A DNA stretch of 32,000 nt. Origin: Moraxella nasovis (lineage in GTDB: Bacteria > Pseudomonadota > Gammaproteobacteria > Pseudomonadales > Moraxellaceae). Location of the stretch: NCBI RefSeq assembly GCF_022701215.1, contig NZ_CP089976.1, forward strand, positions 60,001 to 92,000, in the 5' to 3' direction. The notes beneath the pieces were generated by a model. It saw nothing but the letters and a program-made list of their open reading frames with translations. It was not told the origin of the DNA and searched no databases. This document shows positions 18,349 to 28,312 of this stretch, piece after piece. The translations under genes were made by a program, and so were the position numbers. Position 1 is the first letter of the stretch. Each line of letters begins with the position of its first letter.

Positions 18349-18389
18349 CATCAATCAAGCACCGTCTTAAGTTTATTAACTTAAGCCTA

Positions 18390-18695
18390 TTAATTAGGTA
18401 AATTCATCTTAGACGTATCAGGATTTAATCCAAAATAAAACACAAATGTCGCAACTAAGCTATTCATAAAGATAAACGCCCAGTCAAAGTTTTCATGTCC
18501 TAGAATAAATCGTCCAAGCACAGCACTGACTGCCAACATAATCATAAAACACGCCAAGACGTACTTTATAATCGTTGGGTGTGTTAGTGAATATGCCACG
18601 CCCGCTTGACGCTTAGGTATTAGTCGCTTTAGGTTGATCATAAATCCAACTGTATAGACTATACCGCCCATTAATAAATAACCTAAAAATCCCAT
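18390..18695 (-). CDS. hypothetical small integral membrane protein (about 3 TM segments)
   Basis: 101 aa, ATG start with AAGGGCG upstream, 9 nt after the upstream lipoprotein gene's stop. Three hydrophobic stretches are visible. I recognise no family. Confidence 0.55.
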   Translation of the reverse strand: MGFLGYLLMGGIVYTVGFMINLKRLIPKRQAGVAYSLTHPTIIKYVLACFMIMLAVSAVLGRFILGHENFDWAFIFMNSLVATFVFYFGLNPDTSKMNLPN

Positions 18696-18704
18696 AACAC
18701 GCCC

Positions 18705-19220
18705 TTATTTAGTACTATCTGAACTGTCAGCGTGTAAAATATCCACAGGCTTATCGTCGCAAGCTACATGATAGATGGTATTTGACCCTTTAAATACATA
18801 GGAGACATAATTACTGTCTAATGACGCATTTAGCTGCTTGGCGGTATCTTTTACTTGAGCTAAAACGAACATACCGTCAGGACGTGCTATTATCTGGTCA
18901 ACATCTGATTTTTGAAGCCCTAAAGCATTGACCTCAAAGTAATGCCAACCCTCATCAATGCTTAGTAATTGTAATTTTTCTGATCGATCCCAGACATCTG
19001 CCTTATTAGCAGGCTCTTTCATTTGCATACTAAAACCATGCTCATCTTGACTAATCTTAATGACGGCAGGCTCATCATGGCTGATCGTATAACAGCCAAC
19101 AAAGTCAGAAGTGGTGCTTTGGCTAGATATTTTTGGCGTGTCAGGCTTAGGATTATCATTACAAGCTAACAGCCCAAGACAAATCAGCCCAATAGTACCA
19201 TATTTGGTAGTTAATTTCAT
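18705..19220 (-). CDS. hypothetical lipoprotein
   Basis: 171 aa. The signal peptide carries the lipobox LLAC (MKLTTKYGTIGLICLGLLAC|NDNPKP). I recognise no family. Confidence 0.65.
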   Translation of the reverse strand: MKLTTKYGTIGLICLGLLACNDNPKPDTPKISSQSTTSDFVGCYTISHDEPAVIKISQDEHGFSMQMKEPANKADVWDRSEKLQLLSIDEGWHYFEVNALGLQKSDVDQIIARPDGMFVLAQVKDTAKQLNASLDSNYVSYVFKGSNTIYHVACDDKPVDILHADSSDSTK

Positions 19221-19442
19221 AGCAAGAGTCTAACTAAAAGGTTAGCGTATTATAGCAATTTTACCGCCATTTTTCAAAACATAACAACACCGCTAGCCAT
19301 GTCATCATAACTTGATATCGCCTTACACAGTATGGGCTGGCTTAATTTATTAAAAAATACCTGTTTTACTAGTTATATTTATCATAAAATATGATAAAAT
19401 ATGCCAATTTTTTTCACCACAACTGCATTAGAGTACTAATTT

Positions 19443-21221
19443 ATGAGTGCTAAGTTGACCAAAAACCTTGAACACACAAGCAAAGATTCTTATTTTACTG
19501 GCATTTTACTTCGTTATAGCGTATTTGGTATTGCTATCTTAGCGTTTCTAGCTGGGCTATATCTGATGATTTGGTGGCTGATATTGCTTGGTGCATTTGG
19601 CACTGCCTTAGGCATATATGACATCACCCAAGACCGCCATGCTGTGCTGAAAAACTATCCAATCTCAGGACACGCACGCTATATCCTAGAAAATTTTCGT
19701 CCTGAGATTCGCCAATACTTCTTAGAAGATGACCAAATTGCTGTACCTTTTTCACGCCAAAAGCGTGCTCTTGTTTATCAGCGTGCCAAAAATGTCAGTG
19801 ATACCAGCGCCTTTGGTACGCTTGAAGATCTATACCAAAACGGCAAAGAATGGTTCTTGCAATCAGCCTCAAGCTACCCACTTAAGCAGACTAACTTTAA
19901 AATTCAAGTTGGTAATGATAAGTGCAAACAGCCTTATGATTTATCAGTATTTAACATCTCTGCCATGAGTTTTGGCAGTCTATCAGCAGCAGCCATCGAA
20001 GCACTAAACAAAGGGGCAAAACTTGGTGGTTTTGCCCACGATACAGGCGAAGGTGCAATCAGCCCTTACCATAAAAAACACGGTGGCGATCTGATTTGGG
20101 AGCTTGGCACAGGTTATTTTGGCTGTCGCAATCACGATGGGACGTTTAATGCCCAAAAGTTTGCCGAACGCTCAAAGAACCCCCAAGTGAAAATGATCGA
20201 GATTAAACTATCTCAAGGAGCAAAACCTGGTAAGGGCGGCGTACTTCCTAAAGAAAAAATCACACCAGAAATCGCCGAAACTCGTGATATTCCTATGGAT
20301 ATCGACTGTATCTCGCCTGCTTCGCATTCTGCCTTTAGCACGCCACGAGAATTGGTGAAATTTTGGCAACAATTACGAGAATTATCTGGCGGTAAGCCTG
20401 TCGGCTTTAAGCTATGCATCGGTCAGCCTTGGCAGTTTATGGGAATCGTTAAAGCGATGATTGATGAAGACGACTATCCAGACTTTATCGTCGTTGATGG
20501 TGCTGAAGGCGGCACAGGTGCAGCTCCTGTGGAGTTTATGGATAATGTGGGAATGCCACTTTTAGATGGTTTTTTGCTTGTGCATAATACGCTTGTAGGT
20601 GCAAACATTCGTGATAAAATCAAAGTCGGTGTCAGTGGTAAGCTTATCACTGCTTTTGACATCGCAAAAATGCTGGCGGTTGGTGCAGACTTTTGTAACT
20701 CGGCACGTGGTTTTATGTTCGCTGTCGGCTGCATTCAGTCAAGAAGCTGCCACACCAACAAATGCCCAACAGGCGTGGCAACTCAAGATCCCTATCGTCA
20801 AAAAGCTTTACATGTTCCAGACAAGGCTGAACGTGTGTATAACTTCCACAAAAACACACTTAAGGCTCTCTCAGGCATTCTAGGGGCAGTTGGCGTAGCA
20901 CACCCGAACGATCTTAAGCCTTATCATATCGCTCGTCGTATAGATGATGGTCGCATTAAACTACTGTCTCAATATTATTACTTCACTTTTGAAGGGGCGT
21001 TGTTAAACGCTACTGCTCGTGCGGACATCTATAACCGAATGTGGATTATGGCAAATGCAGACACTTTTCAAGCAGACTATGAAAGCCTTGTGGCATATAA
21101 TAATGAGATTGGCAAGAAGTTTCCTGACATCTTAGAACAAAATAAAAAAGAAGAAAATCAGCGGATAGCCATGTATGAGATGGATGAAGGATACTACACA
21201 TATCATGATGATCCACAGTAA
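19443..21221 (+). CDS. FMN-binding glutamate synthase family protein (GltB central-domain homologue, membrane anchored)
   Basis: 592 aa. An N-terminal TM pair is followed by SAMSFGSLSAAAIEALNKGA, IEIKLSQGAKPGKGGVLP, and VVDGAEGGTGAAP. Confidence 0.85.
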   Translation: MSAKLTKNLEHTSKDSYFTGILLRYSVFGIAILAFLAGLYLMIWWLILLGAFGTALGIYDITQDRHAVLKNYPISGHARYILENFRPEIRQYFLEDDQIAVPFSRQKRALVYQRAKNVSDTSAFGTLEDLYQNGKEWFLQSASSYPLKQTNFKIQVGNDKCKQPYDLSVFNISAMSFGSLSAAAIEALNKGAKLGGFAHDTGEGAISPYHKKHGGDLIWELGTGYFGCRNHDGTFNAQKFAERSKNPQVKMIEIKLSQGAKPGKGGVLPKEKITPEIAETRDIPMDIDCISPASHSAFSTPRELVKFWQQLRELSGGKPVGFKLCIGQPWQFMGIVKAMIDEDDYPDFIVVDGAEGGTGAAPVEFMDNVGMPLLDGFLLVHNTLVGANIRDKIKVGVSGKLITAFDIAKMLAVGADFCNSARGFMFAVGCIQSRSCHTNKCPTGVATQDPYRQKALHVPDKAERVYNFHKNTLKALSGILGAVGVAHPNDLKPYHIARRIDDGRIKLLSQYYYFTFEGALLNATARADIYNRMWIMANADTFQADYESLVAYNNEIGKKFPDILEQNKKEENQRIAMYEMDEGYYTYHDDPQ

Positions 21222-21233
21222 AAATGCAACAAT

Positions 21234-21259
21234 AAACCGCTCGCTTGGGGCGGTTTTTT
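21234..21259 (+). terminator. Rho-independent terminator
   Basis: AAACCGCTC / loop GCTTG / GGGGCGGTTT followed by a T-run, 13 nt after the stop at 21221. Confidence 0.65.
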
Positions 21260-21475
21260 ATTAATGGCACTTTAGATAAATATCATATCTATTAAAAGCA
21301 CATCACCCTTTTATACCATCTATGTCACCCATTACGATGAAAAACTATGCGATTCTCAAAAAACCAATAAAAAGGCGTGCAGTAAAGAGATTTATAGCAA
21401 CAAATTCCAACAAAAAACAAATTTTTCTAAAGAAAATTTTAAGTATAATAAAGCGATTTATCTTTCAGGTACACC

Positions 21476-22594
21476 ATGCGTAGCCTACTATTGCCTTTAT
21501 TTTTTATCATAATGCAGCTACTAAGCCTTATTTTGGCACGTAGCCTTGTCTGGTTTTTTCACCCTTTTATCTCGGTGCGGTTTTGGGTGATGGCAATAAT
21601 CATGCTTGTGATTAGCAATGCTTTTTTGGCAGGGCTTTATTTTGGTGCATTTCGCCTAACGATTGGTTATTTGGCAGTACTATGGCTTAGCATTATCTCT
21701 ATGTTAATCATCACAGTAGTGGTTATGCTTGGTGACAAGTTTGGCTTTCATGGGACAATTTTTTATCGCCTATTTGCTATCTTAAGCCTTGTTGGGGTTA
21801 TATCTTTATCTATTTATAACGCCTATACGCCTGTCATACGACATATCACCGTAACGCTGGATAAGTCCATGTCCACACCTGTCCGCCTTGCGTTGGTAAG
21901 CGACATACATTTGGGTGTGTTAGTTGGTAAAAATCAACTTGATAAACTAACCAAAATTTTATCAGATAATCAAGTCGATTTACTGCTTATGCCGGGCGAT
22001 ATCATGGATGATGATACGATGTATTTTGATAGCCAAGGCATGGCAGGCAGCTTAACCAAAGTCGTTCATACGCCACGTTTTGGCACAGTAGTTAGTCTTG
22101 GTAATCACGATCTGTACCAACAAGATGCTTACCGTGCAATCACTCACGCCATCTTAAGTAGTGGTGCTATACTGCTCAACGACGAACATCGAACGCTTTT
22201 GATTAGTAAAAATGGTAAAACCACCAAGTTAAACATCGTTGGCAGACTTGATGATCATTATCACACACGTCAACCAACTGCAAAACTTATTGCTGATATA
22301 GATACGCACTTACCAACTATTTTGCTTGATCATAGACCCAGTCAGATTGAACAAAATACTCAGCTTCCTATCGATCTTCAGGTTTCTGGTCATACTCACA
22401 AAGGACAAGTTTTCCCCGCCAACTTCATCGTCAATGCCCTAAATCGATTAGGCTATGGTTACGAAAAAATAAACGGCACTCACGTTGTCGTCTCTTCTGG
22501 TTTCGGCTTTTGGGGTGTGCCATTTCGCTTAGGCTCTCAAGCTGAAGTTTGGATTATTGACATGGTCGGTAAGCCGCCCATCAAACCATCATAA
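21476..22594 (+). CDS. membrane-anchored metallophosphoesterase (calcineurin-like, YaeI/YkuE-type)
   Basis: 372 aa. Four N-terminal TM segments are followed by LVSDIHLG, PGDIMDD, LGNHD, and SGHTHKGQ. Confidence 0.8.
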   Translation: MRSLLLPLFFIIMQLLSLILARSLVWFFHPFISVRFWVMAIIMLVISNAFLAGLYFGAFRLTIGYLAVLWLSIISMLIITVVVMLGDKFGFHGTIFYRLFAILSLVGVISLSIYNAYTPVIRHITVTLDKSMSTPVRLALVSDIHLGVLVGKNQLDKLTKILSDNQVDLLLMPGDIMDDDTMYFDSQGMAGSLTKVVHTPRFGTVVSLGNHDLYQQDAYRAITHAILSSGAILLNDEHRTLLISKNGKTTKLNIVGRLDDHYHTRQPTAKLIADIDTHLPTILLDHRPSQIEQNTQLPIDLQVSGHTHKGQVFPANFIVNALNRLGYGYEKINGTHVVVSSGFGFWGVPFRLGSQAEVWIIDMVGKPPIKPS

Positions 22595-22711
22595 TCGGTC
22601 ACCAAAACAACAATACTCACTTGATAAATGCGTTTTACCAAAAACACCAAACCCCTTTTTAAGTTGGGCTTAGCTTATGATTGCACAACCAGTCATCAAT
22701 ACCAAAAGGCA

Positions 22712-24820
22712 CTAGATAAGCCTGTCTTTAAGGGTCAGCATTGTATCTCTTACTTTCATTGCTTCTTCAAATTTAAGTTCTTTAGACAGCAGTTTCATTT
22801 GTTTTTCCAAACGGTTAATCTCCTTAACCAAAAGATCTGGACGACGTAAAATCTCTTCATCTACGCCATCGATTGCGTTTGGCACACAAATCACCTCAGT
22901 TGTTACATTATCCTCGCCCACATCGATTTTATCGGTAATTGCCCGTTTTGCTGATTTTGGTGTAATACCATGCTCTTCATTAAAAGCAATCTGCTTGGCA
23001 CGGCGACGCTCGGTCTCATCGATTGCTTTTTGCATACTTGGTGTGATGCTATCGGCATATAAAATTGCCTTGCCATTGACGTGGCGTGCCGCACGCCCAA
23101 TCGTCTGTATCAGCGAACGCTCCGAGCGTAAAAACCCTTCTTTATCTGCATCAAAAATCGCCACAAGCGACACTTCAGGCATATCAAGCCCTTCACGAAG
23201 CAGGTTAATACCCACAAGCACATCATGCACGCCTGTTCTTAGTTCATGAATGATTTTCATGCGTTCAACTGTGTCAATGTCGCTGTGCAGATAAGCGACG
23301 TTAATGCCATACTCTTTAAGATAGCTTGTCAAATCCTCTGCCATGCGTTTGGTCAAAGTGGTAATCAACACACGCTCATCTATTGCACGTCTAAGGTTAA
23401 TCTCACCAAGCACATCGTCTACTTGCGTAAGTACAGGACGAATCTCAAGTACAGGGTCAATAAGCCCAGTCGGACGCACTACCTGCTCTGCAATCTGCTC
23501 ACTATGCTCAAGCTCATAAGCGGCAGGTGTGGCAGATACATAAATGGTGCTTGGGCGAATTCTCTCCCACTCTTCAAACTTCATAGGGCGGTTATCCAGT
23601 GCAGACGGCAAGCGAAAACCATAACCCACAAGCGTTTCTTTACGGCTTCTATCGCCCTTATACATCGCCCCAATCTGTGGCACGGTTACATGACTTTCAT
23701 CAATAAAAAACAAAGCATCAGGCGGAATGTAGTCAAATAATGTCGGCGGTGCTTCACCACTGGGTCGCCCTGATAAATGACGTGAGTAGTTCTCAATGCC
23801 ATTACAATAACCAAGCTGCTGAATCATCTCAAGGTCGTATTGGGTTCGCTCTTTGATACGCTGCGCTTCGATAAGTTTGTCATTATCACGAAAATACGCT
23901 AAGCGTTCTTCAAGCTCTTGTTTGATACCCTCGCTTGCTTTTTCTAATTTTTCTCGTGGGGTAACGTAGTGCGATTTTGGGTAAATGGTAATACGTGGTA
24001 CAGATTTGACCGTTTTACCTGTCAAAGGGTCAAACCAAGTAATTTTCTCAATCTCATCATCAAATAAAGCAATACGCACCGCCAAAGATTCACTCTCAGC
24101 AGGATAAATGTCTAAAGTCTCTCCACGCAGTCGGTATGTGCCACGCCCAAAATCCATCTCGTTTCGTTCATATTGCATCTCTACGAGTTTTTTAATTAAA
24201 GCAGTTCGGTCAAATTTATCGCCAACCACGATATGCAAGAGCATTTTTAGATAGCTTTCAGGATCGCCAAGACCATAAATGGCTGACACTGATGCAATGA
24301 TTATTGCGTCACGCCGTTCTAGCAAGGCACGAGTGGCAGATAATCGCATTTGGTCAATGTGATCGTTAATCGCACTGTCTTTTTCAATAAACGTATCGCT
24401 TGCTGGCACATAAGCTTCTGGCTGATAGTAGTCATAATAACTGACAAAATACTCCACGGCATTATTTGGAAAAAACGCCTTAAACTCGCCATATAATTGG
24501 GCAGCAAGTGTCTTATTATGTGCCATAATAATGGTTGGGCGACCGCATTTAGCAATCACCTTTGCCATCGTATAAGTCTTACCTGAGCCTGTAACCCCCA
24601 GCAATAACTGATCTTTCATGCCTTTGTTAATACCATCTACAAGCGTTGCAATCGCCTTTGGTTGATCGCCTGCAGGCTCAAAGTCGCTCACCATATCAAA
24701 GGCTTTTGATGAGATTTGTGTGCCTGATGCATTCACGCCTGTAAGTTCGGCTTCATCTTGGATTTGTTTAGCAAGTTGGTTTAATTGGCGTTCAGTGCGC
24801 GTGGTTTTTGGAAGTTGCAT
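22712..24820 (-). CDS. uvrB: excinuclease ABC subunit B
   Basis: 702 aa. [22 protein letters not shown], helicase motifs and a C-terminal UVR domain ([13 protein letters not shown]) are present. An alternative start at 24694 ([11 protein letters not shown]) would remove a 42-aa N-terminal extension. Confidence 0.95.
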   Translation of the reverse strand: MQLPKTTRTERQLNQLAKQIQDEAELTGVNASGTQISSKAFDMVSDFEPAGDQPKAIATLVDGINKGMKDQLLLGVTGSGKTYTMAKVIAKCGRPTIIMAHNKTLAAQLYGEFKAFFPNNAVEYFVSYYDYYQPEAYVPASDTFIEKDSAINDHIDQMRLSATRALLERRDAIIIASVSAIYGLGDPESYLKMLLHIVVGDKFDRTALIKKLVEMQYERNEMDFGRGTYRLRGETLDIYPAESESLAVRIALFDDEIEKITWFDPLTGKTVKSVPRITIYPKSHYVTPREKLEKASEGIKQELEERLAYFRDNDKLIEAQRIKERTQYDLEMIQQLGYCNGIENYSRHLSGRPSGEAPPTLFDYIPPDALFFIDESHVTVPQIGAMYKGDRSRKETLVGYGFRLPSALDNRPMKFEEWERIRPSTIYVSATPAAYELEHSEQIAEQVVRPTGLIDPVLEIRPVLTQVDDVLGEINLRRAIDERVLITTLTKRMAEDLTSYLKEYGINVAYLHSDIDTVERMKIIHELRTGVHDVLVGINLLREGLDMPEVSLVAIFDADKEGFLRSERSLIQTIGRAARHVNGKAILYADSITPSMQKAIDETERRRAKQIAFNEEHGITPKSAKRAITDKIDVGEDNVTTEVICVPNAIDGVDEEILRRPDLLVKEINRLEKQMKLLSKELKFEEAMKVRDTMLTLKDRLI

Positions 24821-24991
24821 GATTATGAATGACTGGCAAAGAATTTATTGTAATATGGGGTAAAAGCCACTAAATAAAAGTAAAAGTTTAAAAAATTTTT
24901 AAATTTTACTTGCAAAAAATAAATACATATGTAAACTAAATGGGTTTTGATTACCCATATATATAAACAAAGGCAAAAAGGCACTTTAATT

Positions 24992-25156
24992 ATGAAAAAA
25001 TATCAATGTATCGTTTGTGGTTGGATTTATGATGAAGCCGTAGGCTGCCCTGAAGAAGGCTTGCCAGCTGGTACTCGCTGGGAAGACATTCCTGAAGACT
25101 GGACATGCCCTGAGTGCGGTGTAGGCAAGCTTGATTTTGAGATGGTAGAAATCTAA
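24992..25156 (+). CDS. rubA: rubredoxin
   Basis: 54 aa from the ATG at 24992: [15 protein letters not shown]...[18 protein letters not shown], with both CxxCG knuckles. The ORF-track start at 24947 adds 15 unlikely residues. Confidence 0.9.
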   Translation: MKKYQCIVCGWIYDEAVGCPEEGLPAGTRWEDIPEDWTCPECGVGKLDFEMVEI

Positions 25157-25158
25157 GC

Positions 25159-26145
25159 ATGTCAGCCATGCACCCACAAGACCAAAGCATTCAAGACATT
25201 CATTGGCAGCCATCGGATTTATCTCCCTATTTTCGCCAAAGCATAGTTGATGTCGGTCATGGCATTCATCTGTGTGTTGAGATTGCAGGCGACCCTACTC
25301 ACCCGCCACTGCTGTTCATTACAGGGTTTGGGTCGCAGATGATGTTTTGGTCGGATACGTTTTTAAAACAATTTGTGGATGCTGGCTTTTTTGTTATTCG
25401 TTTTGATAATCGAGATACAGGGCTATCTAGCAAAATTCCAGTTGCCGCACTCCCACGCACCAACGTCCCTAAGATGATTGCTAAAACAGTGCTTGGATTA
25501 TCCAACAAATCAGAGCAGGTCGCTTATACCTTGCACGATATGGCAGATGATGTCGTTGGGCTTATCCATGCTTTACAACGTACTTTTGGCATTCATCAGG
25601 TAAACTTAGTGGGTGCTAGCATGGGCGGTATGATAGCACAGCTGGTCGCTGCAAAACATGGCAACTTACTAAGTAGACTCATCTTGCTATTTAGCAGCAG
25701 TAATCGAGTCTTTTTAAGACCGCCCAATCCCAAACAGTTTTCAACATTCTTTGTTAAGCCAAAAGGTGCAGAAGAAAAAGACTTAGTGCGTCATGCAGTA
25801 TGGTTTATGACGACCGTCGGTACGCCAGGACACTTAGACATTAAAGGCACTCGAGCCATCGCTGAGCGTCGTTACCGCCGCTGTTATTATCCGCACGGTG
25901 TTGCCAATCAAATGAATGCAATTTTAACGACAGGCTCCATCGTCTCTTTCACCAAACAAATCACAACTCCCACACTCATCATGCACGGCACAAAAGACAG
26001 ACTGTTACACCCAAGCCACGGCAAAAATTTAGCCAAAAATATCAAGCACAGTCGGTTTATCACCATTGATGGTATGGGGCATGATCTACCAGCTTATTAC
26101 CAGCCTTATTTAGTACAGACGATTAAAGATTTCTGCTGTCAGTAG
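25159..26145 (+). CDS. alpha/beta-fold hydrolase (esterase-like)
   Basis: 328 aa. The nucleophile elbow GASMGG is present, with HG-type [10 protein letters not shown] upstream and a C-terminal GMGHDLP (catalytic His). The start is 2 nt after the rubredoxin stop. Confidence 0.8.
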   Translation: MSAMHPQDQSIQDIHWQPSDLSPYFRQSIVDVGHGIHLCVEIAGDPTHPPLLFITGFGSQMMFWSDTFLKQFVDAGFFVIRFDNRDTGLSSKIPVAALPRTNVPKMIAKTVLGLSNKSEQVAYTLHDMADDVVGLIHALQRTFGIHQVNLVGASMGGMIAQLVAAKHGNLLSRLILLFSSSNRVFLRPPNPKQFSTFFVKPKGAEEKDLVRHAVWFMTTVGTPGHLDIKGTRAIAERRYRRCYYPHGVANQMNAILTTGSIVSFTKQITTPTLIMHGTKDRLLHPSHGKNLAKNIKHSRFITIDGMGHDLPAYYQPYLVQTIKDFCCQ

Positions 26146-26240
26146 CATTTAGCACCACTTTTATAAAAAATAACAAGCCCATACCCCCAAAGACCATTTT
26201 AGTGGTACAATGGTTTAAATTTTCATCAATCTTTTTAGCC

Positions 26241-27059
26241 ATGTCTGTATTTACCAAACTAAAAACTCTACTTTCTGATATTAATGATGATGTTAATGCC
26301 GTGTTGGATCGAGATCCTGCTGCTCGCACCAAGATAGAAGTGGTTACTGCATACGCAGGGGTACATGCTCGCATTTTACACCGTGCCAGTCATGCTCTGT
26401 GGCAATCTGACCATAAGTTCCTAGCGCGCACACTATCGCACGCCACTCGTATGGCGACGGGTATAGAAATTCACCCTGCCGCCAAAATCGGCAAACGCCT
26501 ATTTATTGATCATGGCATGGGCGTTGTCATCGGTGAAACCGCAGAAATTGGTGATGATGTTACCTTATATCACGGTGTTACACTCGGTGGCGTTTCTTGG
26601 GAAAGGGGTGCAAAACGCCACCCTACCATCGGCAATCACGTGGTGATTGGTGCAGGAGCGAAGGTCTTAGGTGGCTTTACGGTAGGTGATTATGCCAAAA
26701 TTGGCTCTAATGCTGTGGTGGTCAAGCCTGTGCCAAACCATGCCACAATGGTCGGTAGTGCTGCTCGCATGATTGATAAAAATGCCAAAAACACAGAAAC
26801 CAGCGAAAAGATAAGCTTAAGCAAACCAGACTCTACCATCCGCCTAGAATCGCCAAATGACGAAAGTTTTAATGCTTATGGTGTAAGCCCAGATAGTAAA
26901 GATCCTGTTGCCACGACAGTCGCCACACTTTTAGCTCACATCCAAGCCCAAGATAAACGCATTGATGAGCTACAAGCAGTGCTTTGTCGTCTTGATCCTA
27001 AGTTTATTAAAGGTGACTTTAAGTCGCTGTGCCAAGAAGACTTAGATTTGCTAAAATAG
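26241..27059 (+). CDS. cysE: serine O-acetyltransferase (short N-terminus type) with a C-terminal extension of about 95 aa
   Basis: [21 protein letters not shown] and [44 protein letters not shown] (hexapeptide repeats) are present. I chose the ATG at 26241 because an extended -10 (TGgTACAAT, 26203-26211) lies inside the longer ORF-track version. Confidence 0.9.
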   Translation: MSVFTKLKTLLSDINDDVNAVLDRDPAARTKIEVVTAYAGVHARILHRASHALWQSDHKFLARTLSHATRMATGIEIHPAAKIGKRLFIDHGMGVVIGETAEIGDDVTLYHGVTLGGVSWERGAKRHPTIGNHVVIGAGAKVLGGFTVGDYAKIGSNAVVVKPVPNHATMVGSAARMIDKNAKNTETSEKISLSKPDSTIRLESPNDESFNAYGVSPDSKDPVATTVATLLAHIQAQDKRIDELQAVLCRLDPKFIKGDFKSLCQEDLDLLK

Positions 27060-27100
27060 ACTAATTGCTGTCTTGCAAATTCGTTATTTCACCTAAAATC

Positions 27101-27109
27101 TGCTATAAT
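27101..27109 (+). promoter_or_regulatory. extended -10 promoter element (TGcTATAAT) upstream of trpS
   Basis: TGCTATAAT sits 30 nt upstream of the trpS ATG. Confidence 0.3.
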
Positions 27110-27138
27110 CACCCAATTTTGAACAACTTGAGAACATC

Positions 27139-28209
27139 ATGAGCACACCAGACACCGCCAATAAAAAACGCATTTTAACAGGCATTACCACGACAGGCAT
27201 TCCCCACCTAGGCAACTATGTCGGCTCAATTCGCCCTGCCATTAAAGCCGCGAACGAAGCAATCGCTCGTGGTGATGGCGATGCGTTTTTTTTCTTGGCG
27301 GATTTTCATGCTCTAATCAAATGCTTTGACCCTGACGAAATTCATCGCTCCACTCGAGCAATCGCTGCCACTTGGCTAGCTTGTGGTCTTGACCCACAAG
27401 CAGTTACGTTTTATCGCCAATCAGACATACCAGAAATCCCAGAGCTGGCTTGGATTTTAAATTGTTCATGTGCCAAGGGTTTGATGAACCGTGCCCACGC
27501 CTACAAGTCGGCGGTTGATATGAACACAACCAAACCAGACACCGACCCTGATTTTGGTATTAGCATGGGTTTATTTAGCTACCCTGTACTGATGGCTGCC
27601 GATATTTTAATGTTTAATGCCACACATGTCCCTGTTGGCAAAGACCAAATTCAACACATTGAGATGGCACGAGACATCGCAGGGACATTTAACTTTAAAT
27701 ACAAGCCAATTTTTACCGAGCCTTGTGCTGTCGTTGATGAAGATACACCGCTTTTGACAGGGCTTGATGGTCGCAAAATGAGCAAAAGCTATGGCAATAC
27801 CATTCCACTATTTGGCGATGGCAATCCACAAATTGACCCCAAAAAAGCTCTTCGTAAGGCCGTCATGCAAATTGTTACTAATAGCCAAGCACCCGACGAG
27901 CCAAAAGACCCCGACAGTTGCACAATTTTTGAGATTTATCGAGCTTTTGCTACCAAAGATGAAATTGCAGCATTGGCAGACAGATACCGCCAAGGCATTG
28001 GCTGGGGTGAAGCTAAAGAGATTTTATTTAATAAAATTGATGGCGAAATCGCACCATTTAGAGAGCGTTATAATCACTTGATGACAAACCCAAAAGAGCT
28101 TGAAGAAATTCTTCAAATGGGTGCACAAAAAGCACGCCGAGAAAGCAGTAAACGCCTAGAAAAAGTAAGAAAAGCCATCGGTATTAAGCCTTTGGCAAAA
28201 TTAAAATAA
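27139..28209 (+). CDS. trpS: tryptophan--tRNA ligase
   Basis: 356 aa, class I motifs: a HIGH-like [33 protein letters not shown], and KMSKS. Confidence 0.95.
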   Translation: MSTPDTANKKRILTGITTTGIPHLGNYVGSIRPAIKAANEAIARGDGDAFFFLADFHALIKCFDPDEIHRSTRAIAATWLACGLDPQAVTFYRQSDIPEIPELAWILNCSCAKGLMNRAHAYKSAVDMNTTKPDTDPDFGISMGLFSYPVLMAADILMFNATHVPVGKDQIQHIEMARDIAGTFNFKYKPIFTEPCAVVDEDTPLLTGLDGRKMSKSYGNTIPLFGDGNPQIDPKKALRKAVMQIVTNSQAPDEPKDPDSCTIFEIYRAFATKDEIAALADRYRQGIGWGEAKEILFNKIDGEIAPFRERYNHLMTNPKELEEILQMGAQKARRESSKRLEKVRKAIGIKPLAKLK

Positions 28210-28312
28210 TCATAAAGCCGCAACCTAACCGTCCACTTTGGGCATTGTCTGCCTAATGATAGATTGCTTGGGTGCACGCATTAATACCAGTTAATATGGG
28301 TTTTGCCTTATT

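Noticed and set aside
18265-18389. Search for a sigma-54 (-24 GG / -12 GC) promoter and NtrC sites upstream of glnA
   Set aside because: No TGGCAC-N5-TTGC-like element is present in this interval, whereas a good sigma-70 -35/-10 pair is. I therefore did not annotate a sigma-54 promoter.
21337-21483. 48-aa very basic small ORF (MKNYAILKKPIKRRAVKRF...) upstream of and overlapping the metallophosphoesterase start
   Set aside because: Its Lys-rich composition simply reflects A-rich promoter DNA. It has no SD, and it contains a TATAAT (21444-21449) that probably serves as the -10 for the downstream gene.
23246-23740. 164-aa + strand ORF (also 22995-23249)
   Set aside because: It is antisense to the conserved helicase core of uvrB, so it is a shadow ORF.
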